From Eledone cirrhosa (Eukaryota): a DNA stretch of 64,000 bases. The position numbers and the translations under genes were made by a program. A model generated the notes under the pieces. The model was given only the letters and a program-made list of their open reading frames with translations. It had not been told where the DNA came from and ran no database searches. The stretch is from the NCBI GenBank assembly GCA_964016885.1, contig OZ024755.1, positions 1,426,001 through 1,490,000 on the forward strand. The letters are read 5' to 3'. Within the stretch, counting starts at the first letter, position 1. Every line of letters starts with the position of its first letter. Shown here piece after piece: positions 23,276-35,357 of the stretch.

Positions 23276-24223
23276 ATGATGGATGGAATATGGGAGATGG
23301 TCCAGCTAAAATCCTGGTCCTTTCAGTGTCTGGACTGTGTGCCTGCCTCCACTAATGTTATTGAAAAACAACAACAAAAACCAATGACTGTGTCTTCCTC
23401 TACCATTGTTACTGAACAACGGCAAAAACCTATGACACTGGCTTCTACTGCTGTTCCTGTGGGAGAACATCAGAAACAACAACAACCCATGTCTTCCGCT
23501 CCCAGTACATCTCGACACCAACAACTGGTGACTGTGTCTTCCCCTGCCATTCCCGTGGAGGAACATCATCAACAACAACAACAACCGACCAGTACAGATT
23601 TTGCGGAATTGCAACTAATGATTTCTGCATTAAGAAGGGAAGTAACAGGAATAAAGGCAAGCATTCGGGTAGGACCCCACAATGAGGAGTCTTATCGGAA
23701 TGCATTGCTAAAGAATCTCCCTGTACCTCTTGCCGTATCTGGGCACACTGAGAAGACTGCGGAATCTGCTACCCATGAAGTAATTGCCATTGGGGTACCA
23801 GAGGACAAGGCTGATCTTCAGGCATTTGCTGCCAGCTCAGCCAAAGACCTAGGCTGTGTTCCCCCAAAGGGTGCTCTCCGCCTTGGTCGACCTGGTCCAA
23901 AACCCAGACTCATCAGGCTGTCTTTTTCGGACCCCGCAGAGGCAACCTCATATCATCTGGCCTCTGCTAAAGCTGGGCGTGAAAATCGGATTACCTTCCG
24001 AACACGCCCAGGCCTACCACCCCATGTACGTCCAAAGCTACGTGCTGCAGCTTCCTTGAATCGGAACTCAGCACAACATGAAAGTTTTAGTCTGCGTGAT
24101 GATGGGCAGATCTGGAGGTTTGTCAAGGCTGGTGAAACGTGGAAGAGAGATACCAGCTGGTCTGAGTGTGATCTACCCACAATAACTGGCAATGTAAAAA
24201 CTGCTACAACTCTGGGAAACTAA
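23276..24223 (+). CDS. CR1 LINE ORF1 (PHD remnant, Q-rich repeats, coiled coil, RRM-like)
   Basis: WSFQCLDC; LQLMISALRREVTGIK coiled coil; VIAIGVPE and RLGRPGPKPRLIRLSF motifs of L1/CR1-type ORF1. Confidence 0.8.
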   Translation: MMDGIWEMVQLKSWSFQCLDCVPASTNVIEKQQQKPMTVSSSTIVTEQRQKPMTLASTAVPVGEHQKQQQPMSSAPSTSRHQQLVTVSSPAIPVEEHHQQQQQPTSTDFAELQLMISALRREVTGIKASIRVGPHNEESYRNALLKNLPVPLAVSGHTEKTAESATHEVIAIGVPEDKADLQAFAASSAKDLGCVPPKGALRLGRPGPKPRLIRLSFSDPAEATSYHLASAKAGRENRITFRTRPGLPPHVRPKLRAAASLNRNSAQHESFSLRDDGQIWRFVKAGETWKRDTSWSECDLPTITGNVKTATTLGN

Positions 24224-24279
24224 ACCAGAACAACCTGCCACCGTCTACACACCATCATAAACTGCAAGCAGGGTACAAA

Positions 24280-26673
24280 TTGTTGTCCTTAAATGCTCGC
24301 AGTTTATGCAACAAGATACATCTGTTTAACTCCTACGTCAGAAGCATCGACCCTGACTTCATCACAGTCATGGAAACATGGGCACATTCCTTACTCTGTG
24401 ATGGGGTTTTCAGCATTATTGGGTACAACCTTTTCCGCAAGGACCGCGTTAACCGCCATGGTGGTGGTGTGATGGTCTACGTTCGTTCAAACTTTTCAGT
24501 AATTCCTTGCGTTGATTTGAACGAATCACAGGAAGAAGTTTTTTTCTGTGACATGCGTATGACCATGTCAACACTTCTGCTTGGTGTTGTTTATCGCCCT
24601 CCAAACTACCATCAGGACACACAGCTTTGCGATATCCTCAGAGTTGCTGCCAAGAAAACAGCCACTTATGTGTTTATTGCAGGTGACTTCAATCATCCTG
24701 AGATCGATTGGGAAACCTTTCGTTGGCCACAAGGTGCAAACGATTTCCTTGAACTAGTGCTGGACTCAAACTGGTCACAAGTAGTCACCTCTCCAACAAG
24801 AGGTGACAACACTTTGGACCTGATCTTCACCACTACTCCTGAAGAGGTTATCAGTTGTACTACTGAGGAACCTCTAGGCGACTCTGATCATGCTATGATC
24901 ATTGCCAATCTGGCACTTGAGGGCAGCAACAAAAACCAGAGCCATCTCCAATCTGCTTGCTTTGATTGGAAGAGGGCAGATTGGAACTTGTACTGCACTG
25001 AGCTACAGCGCCCAGACTGGCATGAGATGTATAACTCTGGAGATGTGAACACTATACTCCAGAGCATCCTGGACTCAATATGGATAGCGTGTGCAGCATC
25101 AGTGCCACGGAAGCGGAAAAATAACCACCCCAAAAGTGCAATTTGGGAAACTTCAGCGGTCCGACTTGCCAGGAAAGAACGTCGGAACGCTGAACGGGAA
25201 TATAAACTGCATAAATCAGATGCCAACAGAAAAAAGCGGAATAAATCTTCTAACCATCTCAAGCAAGTGACAAAGAAGGCAGTGCTTGAATTTGAACAGT
25301 GCATCGCAACCAATCCTGACAGTAAGGTGTTCTGGAAATATGTTCATTCAAAGCAGAGACCTCACTCTCCAGTTGGTCCTCTTCGCAATCCCTACACAAG
25401 CCAGATCACTGACGATCCCAAAGAATGCACAGAACACATTGCTGAGTGCTATGCAAGTATTTTTACTGTTGAAAACCAGAATGTACCATCTCCACCATCT
25501 CTAACATCAAATTCCATAACAACTATGGAATTTACACCTGCAATGTTGCGATGTCACCTTAAGAATAAGCGCAACTATGCCTCCCCTGGTCTTGATGGTG
25601 TGACATACCTGCTTCTCAAACGTGGCGGGTATTTCCTTTTGCGCCAGCTTTCTTTCTTCTTTCAATACTGTCTCAACAATGGTGCTACTCCGGAGCAGTG
25701 GAAAACTGCCAGTGTCATTCCCCTGTTCAAAAAGGGCAACCGCATGTCACCTGTCAACTATCGTCCCGTCAGTCTTACTAGCTGTATGGCCAAACTAATG
25801 GAATCCTGTGTCAGAGAAACACTTTGGAACTTCTGGAGCTCTCACAGCCTCATCCGGCCCTCACAGTTTGGATTTATCCCTAACTCCAGCTGCTGTGATC
25901 AGCTTATCGAGTTCCTTGAGGACATCACCCGGATCACTGACAGCGGCTCATGGGTGGATGTTGTTTACATTGACTTTGCTAAGGCTTTTAATTCTGTGCC
26001 ACACAAAAGACTTATGGCAAAACTCTCTGCAATGGGTGTGATGGATGATCTTTTCGACTGGTTGAAATCCTTCATTCTCAGCCGAAAAGAAGTAGTCACG
26101 GTTCTAGGACAGCATTCTTCACCATATGAGATGTCATCTGGTGTACCACAAGGATCTGTTCTTGGTCCTCTTTTGTTTGTGGCATATATTAATGACATAG
26201 ATGCCAACTTACAGAATGCCACGGTACTGAAATATGCAGATGACATCAAGCTGTACCTTGAAATCAAAAGGACTGATCCTGAAATTTACAACTCTTTCCT
26301 ACAATCAGACCTGGACACAATGCAGCAATGGATCACAGACTGGCAACTGAAGCTGGTTGTGGACAAGTGTACCACCATGCATTTTGGAAGGAAAAATCCA
26401 GCGTTCACATACTCCCTCCACAACACTGATATCAAAAAGTCCTCTTGTGAACGTGACCTGGGCATTACTGTCAGCAACGATTTGCGTTGGACAAAGCATG
26501 TCTCTAAGATTGTCAAGAAGGCCGAGGGTGTCTTGGCATCACTCAGCAAGACCTTTGTTAGCCGCTCTCCAGCCATCTATTTAAAACTGTATACAGCTAT
26601 GGTACGACCACACTTGGAATTCGCATCATCAGTCTGGAACCCCTATCTTGCTCAGAACATTGACCTCCTGTAA
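24280..26673 (+). CDS. CR1 LINE ORF2 (AP endonuclease + reverse transcriptase), prematurely stopped
   Basis: LNARS, ETW, YRPP, GDFN, LDL, SDH (APE); NYRPVSLTS, QFGF, IDFAKAFNSVPH, GVPQGSVLGPLLF, KYADD (RT); homology continues past the stop (VQRRATKRIP ... WNKLP) to ~27031. Confidence 0.92.
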   Translation: MLSLNARSLCNKIHLFNSYVRSIDPDFITVMETWAHSLLCDGVFSIIGYNLFRKDRVNRHGGGVMVYVRSNFSVIPCVDLNESQEEVFFCDMRMTMSTLLLGVVYRPPNYHQDTQLCDILRVAAKKTATYVFIAGDFNHPEIDWETFRWPQGANDFLELVLDSNWSQVVTSPTRGDNTLDLIFTTTPEEVISCTTEEPLGDSDHAMIIANLALEGSNKNQSHLQSACFDWKRADWNLYCTELQRPDWHEMYNSGDVNTILQSILDSIWIACAASVPRKRKNNHPKSAIWETSAVRLARKERRNAEREYKLHKSDANRKKRNKSSNHLKQVTKKAVLEFEQCIATNPDSKVFWKYVHSKQRPHSPVGPLRNPYTSQITDDPKECTEHIAECYASIFTVENQNVPSPPSLTSNSITTMEFTPAMLRCHLKNKRNYASPGLDGVTYLLLKRGGYFLLRQLSFFFQYCLNNGATPEQWKTASVIPLFKKGNRMSPVNYRPVSLTSCMAKLMESCVRETLWNFWSSHSLIRPSQFGFIPNSSCCDQLIEFLEDITRITDSGSWVDVVYIDFAKAFNSVPHKRLMAKLSAMGVMDDLFDWLKSFILSRKEVVTVLGQHSSPYEMSSGVPQGSVLGPLLFVAYINDIDANLQNATVLKYADDIKLYLEIKRTDPEIYNSFLQSDLDTMQQWITDWQLKLVVDKCTTMHFGRKNPAFTYSLHNTDIKKSSCERDLGITVSNDLRWTKHVSKIVKKAEGVLASLSKTFVSRSPAIYLKLYTAMVRPHLEFASSVWNPYLAQNIDLL

Positions 26674-29088
26674 ACTGTTCAGAGACGTGCAACCAAGCGC
26701 ATACCCTCCATCAGACACCTACCATACTCTGAACACCTTGCTTCCCTGGGCATGGATTCACTGAAGCTCCGACGTCTGGCAATGGACTTGGTGAATACCC
26801 ACAAAGTTTTTAACCATCTCGCCAATTGCAACCCTGAGCGCCTCTTTGATCTCCATGTGTCTAACACACGTGGACATGCCTACAAGATAAGAAAACAGCA
26901 CAGCTCCCATGACTTTCACGCTCAGAGTTGCTGAAGCATGGAACAAACTGCCTGCGTCAGTTGTTAGCTGCCGAGACACTGCATCCTTTAAGACACTCAT
27001 GCTTCCCGAAATACGCCAAAACTACACCTGATGTACCCCTTCCATACACATGCACACATGTGTGTATCATGACTTGTGCACTGTTCATTTTACTGATGTT
27101 TGTGCATTGCCCTATGTACTGTACATGCACTTTTTTGATGAGTTGTGGTGCACCTGGGCACTGTACACAATATTCCATTGTTGTTATTATTATATCATGA
27201 CTCATACACTGTTCATTTTCCTGACATTTGTACATTATTCTATGTACTATACATGCACCTTTGATGAGTTGTAGTGCACCTGAGCACTGTACACAATAAT
27301 TTCATTATTATTATTATTATTAAAACAGATGAGATACAGAAATATTATTTCTTTAATAAATATATTTTCTTTATCAAAGTGTTTATTGTATAGCTAGGTA
27401 TGTTTTTACTGTGGTTTGGTAGATTGGTAATATATATATAAAGGCTATGGTGCTGGACAGATATATATATATAAAAAGGCTTTAGTTATGAAAAGGTTCC
27501 ACTATTTTGTTTCATCCTGAATCAATCAATATATTTTAAGTAGTTGTATAGTCTGTAATATTTACTAATCCTTTATAAAACACAGCAACTGTGTGGTCAA
27601 AATATAGTTTAAATATTATTTCAGGCCGTATCAAGTGTCTGTGTGTTCTGTAATAGACATCAATGTCGCACATTTTGTAATTAAACTCTTTTGTAACCGA
27701 ATGTGAAAGAGACATCCACGTTTGTATTGTATATAAAAGATATCTGTTGCTTGGTTAGTATTATATGGACATATTGATAGATTATTGGTCGATGGGACAC
27801 GAATGTATCTAACTATGATTGTTGTATTAGAAGAAAGAAGGACTACAAGTAGGAGAAATCTGTTATAGAAAGACCACCACGACTGGAGCTTTCTGCTTCG
27901 TGTTAATATATATGTAGACAGAGCAAACAAGCCTGGGAAAAGGCTGTCTCTTCTCAGCAATAAAATAAGGCTCATTAGTTATATAAGGATATAATTAATT
28001 ACAATAATAAGTAGTTGTTTGTTGCAAGGTCGTTACTTTAGATTTCCACAGCTTGGTAGGTAAAAGGGTGCTGCCGTATAGGAGTGATGTCGCATCGTAA
28101 CTCCGCCAATATAGCCCCTGAATCACAGTCTGTCTTTTAAAAATGGAAAGCTAGGGGTGAGGTACACTGTGTCTGGACACGGAGATGACAACTTGTTACC
28201 GGCATTAACTGTAGAAAGCTAGGGGTGAGGACACTGTGTCTGGACACGGAGATGTGACAACCGGCATTAACTGTGCCATAGGTTAGTTACTCATACAATG
28301 TGCTCCACCCTTCTTTCAAATAAAATAATTCCAACGTTTAGTTTAAACAAGCTGACAACCCCAGTTTTTTGGTATTTCTTGCTATGACCACACTAAGAAA
28401 ATTACTTAACCTGAATTTCCCATTACACCGTCCACATTCACCCATGCCAAATTATGTGACAGTTCTTCAGAAACAACATACGACTCTCTCCGTCACTTAT
28501 TTTCACAATGCTGCTGTGTGGCAACAATGTTTACAGATTTATTTATCCATCAGATTACAGGAAATTATTTTATATTTAAATTTGTTATAAAAATTTATAG
28601 AAATTTGTTATAAAAGAAGAATGTGATCTTTTCCGGTTTTACTGCAGTACCTAGTTGACTTTAATGTTAGCACCAGTCCTGGTTACTGTTACAACTTCCT
28701 GCTTTTACAGATCTTACTGCATGTGCTATCACTTTCACCTTCATAATATTACTGCCTAGCCACTTGACAAGCTAGAAATAATAGCCAAATTCCCTTAATA
28801 CACCTTGCCTAGCAACCTCAACGAGCTAGAAATAACAGCCAAATACCCTTAAGTTTTTACCATTCTATTAAAAAAAAACACATTGACGAATGTAATACAA
28901 AACCAAAGCAAGAAGGTCATGGTTAGAGGGTCTTTGGTCATAAATCTTCTCATTTCAGGTTTGAGATGAGACTAACAGCCATGACAGATATAAGAGAAAT
29001 AGATTAGAGAGAGAGAGAGTGTAACATTGCATGCAACCTTATGGTTGACCACTGCGGGTAGACAGGTTGTAGTAGAGTCTATCGAGAT

Positions 29089-29407
29089 CTATAGGCTGTA
29101 ACAAGCTAGATCTATAGACTGTAACAAGTCAGAACTATAGGCTGTAACAAGCTAGATCTATAGGCTGTAACAAGCTAGAACTATAGGCTGTAACAAGCTA
29201 GAACTATAGGCTGCAACAAGTCAGAACTATAGGTTGTACCAAGCTAGATCTATAGGCTGTAACAAGCTAGAACTATAGGTTGTACCAAGCTAGAACTATA
29301 GGCTGTAACAAGTCAGAACTATAGGTTGTACCAAGCTAGATATATAGGCTGTAACAAGTCAGAACTATAGGTTGTAACAAGCTAGATCTATAGGCTATAA
29401 CAAGCTA
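29089..29407. repeat. 23-bp tandem minisatellite
   Basis: Unit CTATAGGCTGTAACAAGCTAGA(T/A) x ~14. Confidence 0.9.
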
Positions 29408-29502
29408 CTTTAGAAGATATTTGGTGATAGTACAACAGTACTGATATGTTTGGTATAGAGAGGATTCTTCAGTTTAGTTGGACATACATAGAACAAGCTC
29501 GC

Positions 29503-29810
29503 TAGTGTTGTTGCCATAGTACACCCAGTACACTCTGTAAAGTGGTAGTGTTGTTGCCATAATACACCCGGTACACTCTGTAAAGTGGTAGTGTTGTTGC
29601 CATAATACACCCAGTACACTCTGTAAAGTGGTAGTGTTGGTGCCATAATACACCTAGTACAATCTGTAAAGTGGTATTGTTGGTGCCATAATACACCCAG
29701 TACACTCTGCAAAGTGGTAGTGTTGGTGCCATAATACACCCAGTACACTCTGTAAAGTGGTAGTGTTGGTGTCATGATGGAACACACTTTGTACACCCTG
29801 TAAGGTGGCA
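29503..29810. repeat. 43-bp tandem minisatellite (SINE-derived)
   Basis: Unit TAGTGTTGTTGCCATAATACACCCAGTACACTCTGTAAAGTGG; resembles the cacccag..cactgtaaagtgg internal repeat of SINE B (34815-34890). Confidence 0.88.
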
Positions 29811-29814
29811 GTGC

Positions 29815-29984
29815 TTCACAGAAAAGTATTTTTCTTACATAATTATCTCACATAATATCGAATCTATGAGATTTTGATATTATTCGTTTTGAGAACAATA
29901 CCTTAACATCAGTATAAGTGGCTTCTTACAGCCGGTTTGAACAGAAAGAGATGACGGAATTCTAGCCGGATAAATGTTAAAGGG
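29815..29984 (+). mobile_element. piggyBac-type MITE, partial copy
   Basis: Same body as 54775-54995; ends AAAGGG|TTAA. Confidence 0.75.
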
Positions 29985-30893
29985 TTAAATGGACTAATTC
30001 TTTCTTTTACAAAAAACAACAACAAAAATGGGTCTCGTGCCTAAATTAATGAGACATCTAAACCCATGCTAGCGTGGAAGATAGACACGACGATGATGAT
30101 GATGATCTAAAAGAGGTAAAGTTCATAAAAAAATATATCTTTACTACTAATCTATTGTGTTTAGTAGAGAATAATTATCGCTATTAAGTAATTTACTTGC
30201 ATTTCGGGTGGATGAGGGGTTGCTAAGTATGACTTACTACATGTCCACTAAATGTTAAACTCGCCAAGATGTCAGAATATTTGAGATTACTACAGTTCTT
30301 GCTACAAACAATTTCATCAAAATATAATGGCAATATTTCCAGCAGAATTACTTAATTGAAGTGTTGATCACTTCATCAACGCTAAATCATCAGAATTCTG
30401 AAGGTTGGTGTTCTGTTCGTTCGCGATCTTCTAATGAAACCAAACCACCTCAAGTTCCCACTGTCTTCTATTAACACCAAACCACCTCAAACCACCCCTA
30501 ATTCTCTCTGTCTTCTATTGATACCAAACCACCTGAAATAAGAGTATCTTGGTCAGCTTGTGACCTTCAGCTGACCCTGGTACTAATCTCTCCAACAGTA
30601 TATTGTATCATTGTGACCTTTAGCAGTTCTCCAACAACTTCACTATAAAACTATTTATTTACATATTTTCTAACTCTAGAAGGGTGTGAGGTGGGGTTCT
30701 TCTCTGAAAACCTGCTGCTGTCCAGCTTTCCTCACATTTTCTTACTACTGAAAGCAATGATTTAATTACATTTAGTACTGTAATTAAAGTTTAATGAGTT
30801 TATTCCCATTGTAGATAGTAATAGTCTGGGGAGAAGGAATGTGGAAAATTTGATAAAAAAAACTGTTGAAAAGCTTATCTTCATAAAACACTG

Positions 30894-31412
30894 CACTCTC
30901 TCACATACACACATACACACACACACACACTCACATACACACACACACACACTCACATACACACATACACACACTCTCACATACACACACTCTCACATAC
31001 ACACACTCTCACATACACACTCTCTCACATACACACACTCTCACATACACACACTCTCACATACACATACACACTCTCTTATATACACACACTCTCACAC
31101 TCACATACACACTCTCTCATATACACACTCTCTCACATACACACTCTCACACAGACTCTCACATACACACTCACACACTCTCACACCCACATACACTCTC
31201 ACACCAACATACACTCTCTCACATACACACTCTCTCACATACACACTCTCTCACATACACTCTCTCTCACATACACTCTCTCTCACATACACTCTCTCTC
31301 ACACACACTCTCACTCTCTCTCACACACATTCACTCACTCATACACCCACTCACACATTCAAACACCCACTCACTCACACATACACACATACACACACAC
31401 ACACACATATAC
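30894..31412. repeat. Compound (CA)n/(CT)n microsatellite
   Basis: Degenerate CACACTCTCACATA repeats. Confidence 0.9.
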
Positions 31413-31720
31413 TTAGCCAAGTAGGGAGTGTCTATATGGTCACTGTACATGCTAGAAACAACAGTTAAATGTCACCCTAATCACACCTGACCATGTTACA
31501 CACAGAACACATTGGAAAATGTAGTCCAAGTACACTATGGCTGTAAAACAAAAGATGGGATGGTCCTAGCTGGAATGTCTTTGATCATAGGTCCAATGTA
31601 TCAGATAACAATAAGAACACGCCAGCAATTTGAAGCGAGGGGGTGGGGGGGAGGTGATTAAATTGACCCTCAGTGCATTACTGGTTCTTTATTTTATCAA
31701 CTCCGTAAGAATGAAATATA

Positions 31721-32989
31721 CAAGGGGGGATCAAAAAGTTCGCGGAATTTTTCAGAAAATATTCTATTTTTCAAAAAATATGATTTACCTTCAATTTATT
31801 TTTCTACATAGTTGCCATCCAGGTCAATACACTTCACAAGGCGATGCTTCCAGCTTCGTAAGCCGTCTCTAAAGAAAGTTGAAGGCCTTGTTCGAAGCCA
31901 TGTGTTGGCAGTGTTTTTAGCTTCTTCAACACCACTAAAACGGGTTTCTTTGAGTTTTGGAAAGAGGAAAAAGTCTGATGGGGCTAAATCTGGACTATAA
32001 GGCGAGTGAGGAAGCACTTCCCATCGAAATGCTCGAAGAACTTCTTTTGCAACCCGCACAGAATGCACTGGTGCATTGTCATGGTGAAACAAGATCCCAC
32101 CATGAAGTTTCCCTTTCGTTTCTTCACTAATGCCTCTTTCAGCTTCCTTAAAACATTTGCATAGTAAGCTCCTGTCACAGTTCTTTGACCTTCAAGATAA
32201 TCTATTCGTATCACCCCATCTGAATCCCAGAAAATGGTGGCCATCACTTTTTGATCCGACTTTTGAGATTTGAACTTGATTGGCCCCGATGATCCACGTG
32301 AGAGCCACTGTTTTGACTGCTGTTTGGATTCAGGATCATACTGGTAGATCCAGGTTTCATCTCCGGTGATGATTCTGGTCAGGAAATGCTCTTCATCAAC
32401 TTCAATTTTGTTTAATATCGCCAAAGACAGATCACTTTGAAGAATCAGCTAATCAGGGCGCAACGCTTTTGGGACCCATCGTGCTGGAAGCTTGCTTAGT
32501 CCCAAATTATCGTGCAGAATTGAATTTGCCGAACCATATGAAATGTCTAGGGAATTAGCTAACTGATTAACTGTTATTCTTCGATCTTCTTCAATTAAAG
32601 TCTGAGCAGCCTCAACGTTTTGGTCATTTTTTGATGTTCCTGGTCTTCCAATGTGATGGTCGTCTCTCCCTTGTTTGAATCGCTGAATCCACTTGTAGAC
32701 AGCAGTAGTACCGTAAACTTTAACTAAAGCCTCCATAATCTGTGTCCCTTTCCATTTGAGTTTCACCAGAAACTTGATATTCGATCTTATCTCAAAATAA
32801 CTATTTTCCATTGTTCCAAAAAGAGGTTGTTTAAAGAGTGTCAGTACTGTACAATAGCCCGCGCATAACTGACTGCAAGTGAGTGCTAGGTAAACACCCA
32901 GTGACAATGTTCTGACATGTTTAATATTGTTTTAACCTGATTTTTTTCTTGCTACGATAAAATCCCGCGAACTTTTTGATCCCCCCTCG
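31721..32989 (-). mobile_element. Full-length mariner (DD34D) element with disrupted transposase
   Basis: TIRs CAAGGGGGGATCAAAAAGTTCGCGGAATTT / AAATCCCGCGAACTTTTTGATCCCCCCTCG; TA TSD; 1269 bp; motifs WVPK, TGDETW, HDNAPVH, YSPDLAPSDFFLF split over three ORFs. Confidence 0.95.
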
Positions 32990-32999
32990 TATATATATA

Positions 33000-33352
33000 T
33001 ATCATCATCATCATTGTACATCTGCTTTTCCCTGCAAGGGTGGGACGGGTCCTATTCAGCACAGCATCTCTCCACTTGTCACGGTCCTTCGTCATACATT
33101 ACACATCCACCCGAGGAGCATGCCTGCTTCGTATCTTCTGCACCCATGGACCATGTCTTACTACCATGCAATGTAACAGTTTAAATACATCATACAATCT
33201 GCCCTTCATTCTAACAGAGAAGTCCTCCTTTGTTACCAACTGAATTAACTGCTCCCATTCCTTCTGTATATCCACCTTATCTGCTAAAGAGGTCACCTAA
33301 GTAGCAGGAGCTATCTACTATTTCTAATGAACCTTCTGAACATTTGAGAAAA
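33000..33352 (-). mobile_element. Degraded RTE LINE 3' fragment
   Basis: LVTKEDFSVRMKGRLYD peptide and (CAT)n tail related to the 35.4-39.6 kb RTE. Confidence 0.65.
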
Positions 33353-34018
33353 CCTTACTATTAATACAGCTGTGCATATGAAGTCTACCTCCCCTCACTA
33401 TCTCTACTCTCACCTCTATATCACCTGTATATATGTCACATGTCACATAAGTCTGCCCCCCTCTGTCAGACTATCCTTACCAATTAGGTTTGTTATTTTT
33501 ATTGATTTATTACTTTAAATCAAGTCAGGCAAACCATATTGTTTTAAATTAGTATTTGTTCAACCTAGCTAACTTGGTCATTTGCAATTTGAACACATGT
33601 ATAGTTGTATCTGTGTTGATCTCTCATAGATTCCTTTCTTTGTGCTATTTAATTGTAAAAGACTATTTTGAGTTTCTAACTCATTCTATGATATATATAT
33701 ATATATATATATTCTAGTTTGTGTATATATATATTCTAGTTTGTGTATATATATATTCTAGTTTGTGTTTATATATATATATATGTGTGTGTGTGTGTAT
33801 GTATGTGTGTGTGTGTGTATGTATGTGTGTGTGTGTGTATATATATAGATGTGTGTGTATATATACATATATATATATATTCTAGTTTGTGCATATATAT
33901 ATATTATTCTAGTTTGTGTATATATATATTATTCTAGTTTGTGTATATATATATTATTCTAGTTTGTGTATATATATATTATTCTAGTTTGTGTATATAT
34001 ATATATATTATTCTAGTT

Positions 34019-34047
<29 letters not shown>

Positions 34048-34051
<4 letters not shown>

Positions 34052-34226
34052 GAACCAGTAAGACCCCGACAGCTGAGCTCAAGCCGTTTCGACGGCTAGC
34101 CGTCGAAACGGCTTGAGCTCAGCTGTCGGGGTCTTACTGGTTCCTATTACCCACTCTACTACCTCAAGTATTGAGTACTTTGGTGCGTTATGGTCCACCT
34201 GGTTCCTTACCACATTTCCTTCGTTA
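34048..34226 (+). mobile_element. Penelope-like pLTR remnant with perfect 100-bp palindrome
   Basis: 34048-34147 is a perfect palindrome (axis 34097/34098); contains a hammerhead 3' half GAAA-CGGCT..AGCTG-TC; then the gtattgagtacttt motif; (TA)n on both sides. Confidence 0.7.
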
Positions 34227-34433
34227 TATATATATATATTCTAGTTTGTGTATATATATATATATATTCTAGTTTGTGTATATATATATATTCTAGTTTG
34301 TGTATATATATATATATATTCTAGTTTCTGTATATATATATATATTCTAGTTTGTGTATATATATATATATATTCTAGTTTCTGTATATATATATATATT
34401 CTAGTTTGTGTATATATATATATTATTCTAGTT

Positions 34434-34486
<53 letters not shown>

Positions 34487-34529
34487 TAGTTTGTGTATAT
34501 ATATATATATTCTGGTTTGTGTGTGTGTG

Positions 34530-34610
<81 letters not shown>

Positions 34611-34612
<2 letters not shown>

Positions 34613-34999
34613 GCGCGGCTTAGTGGATAGAGCATTGGCCTTGCAATCGAAAGGTTGTGAGTTCAATTCTCAGACCGGGTGATGTGTTGTTTCCTTGAGC
34701 AAGACACTTTATTTCACATTGCTCCAGTTTACTCAGCTGTAGAAATGAGATGATAGGGACTCGGGTCCCTATCATTCCACTGCAAAGTGGTCGTGGAGGT
34801 GCCACGGCAAAAAAAAAGCACCCAGCCCACACTGTAAAGTGGACGTGTAGGCACCACGGAAAAAAAGCACCCAGCACTCACTGTAAATGAGGTTGGTGTT
34901 AGGAAGGGCATCCAGCTGTAGAAATCAAGCCAGAATCAGTTCCCCTCCCACCCTTGCAAGCAGGGAAAAGCAGATGTAAAATGAAATGATGATGATGAT
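34611..34999 (+). mobile_element. Full-length tRNA-derived SINE family B with RTE-derived tail
   Basis: A box gcggcttagtgg, B box gagttcaattc, central ccttgagcaagacactt, tail ggtgttaggaagggcatccagctgtagaaa...(GAT)n. Confidence 0.85.
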
Positions 35000-35010
35000 A
35001 TATTATAGTT

Positions 35011-35043
<33 letters not shown>

Positions 35044-35082
35044 TCTAGTTTGTGTATATATATATATATTCTAGTTTGTGTT

Positions 35083-35113
<31 letters not shown>

Positions 35114-35357
35114 ATATATATGTGTGTGTATATATATATATTCTAGTTTGTGTGTGTGTATATATATGTGTGTGTATATATATATATTCTAGTTTGTGTG
35201 TGTGTATATATGTATGTGTGTGTGTGTGTGTATATATATTCTAGTTTGTGTGTGTATATATATATTCTAGTTTGTGTGTGTATATATATTCTAGTGTGTG
35301 TGTGTATATATACATGTGTGTGTGTGTGTGTGTATATATATATACATGTGTGTGTGT

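Larger units (their letters stand above)
23258..27321 (+). mobile_element. CR1-group LINE, near full length
   Basis: ORF1 + APE-RT ORF2 + duplicated 3' UTR + (ATT)n tail at 27304-27321; premature TAA at 26671 and a small deletion/frameshift near 26915. Confidence 0.93.
33690..35357. repeat. (TA)n/(GT)n tract punctuated by ATTCTAGTTTGTGT
   Basis: More than 25 copies of TTCTAGTTTGTGT separated by variable TA/GT runs; hosts the palindromic element and a SINE. Confidence 0.9.

Noticed and set aside
30361-30398. Minus-strand CTGATGA-T...T-GAAG-TGATCA hammerhead-like string
   Set aside because: GAAG instead of GAAA, no NUH site and no stem I partner; at best a decayed copy.
34611-34690. tRNA genes at SINE heads (also 46720-46800, 13517-13590)
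   Set aside because: A/B boxes are present but there is no complete cloverleaf; they continue into SINE or MITE bodies.
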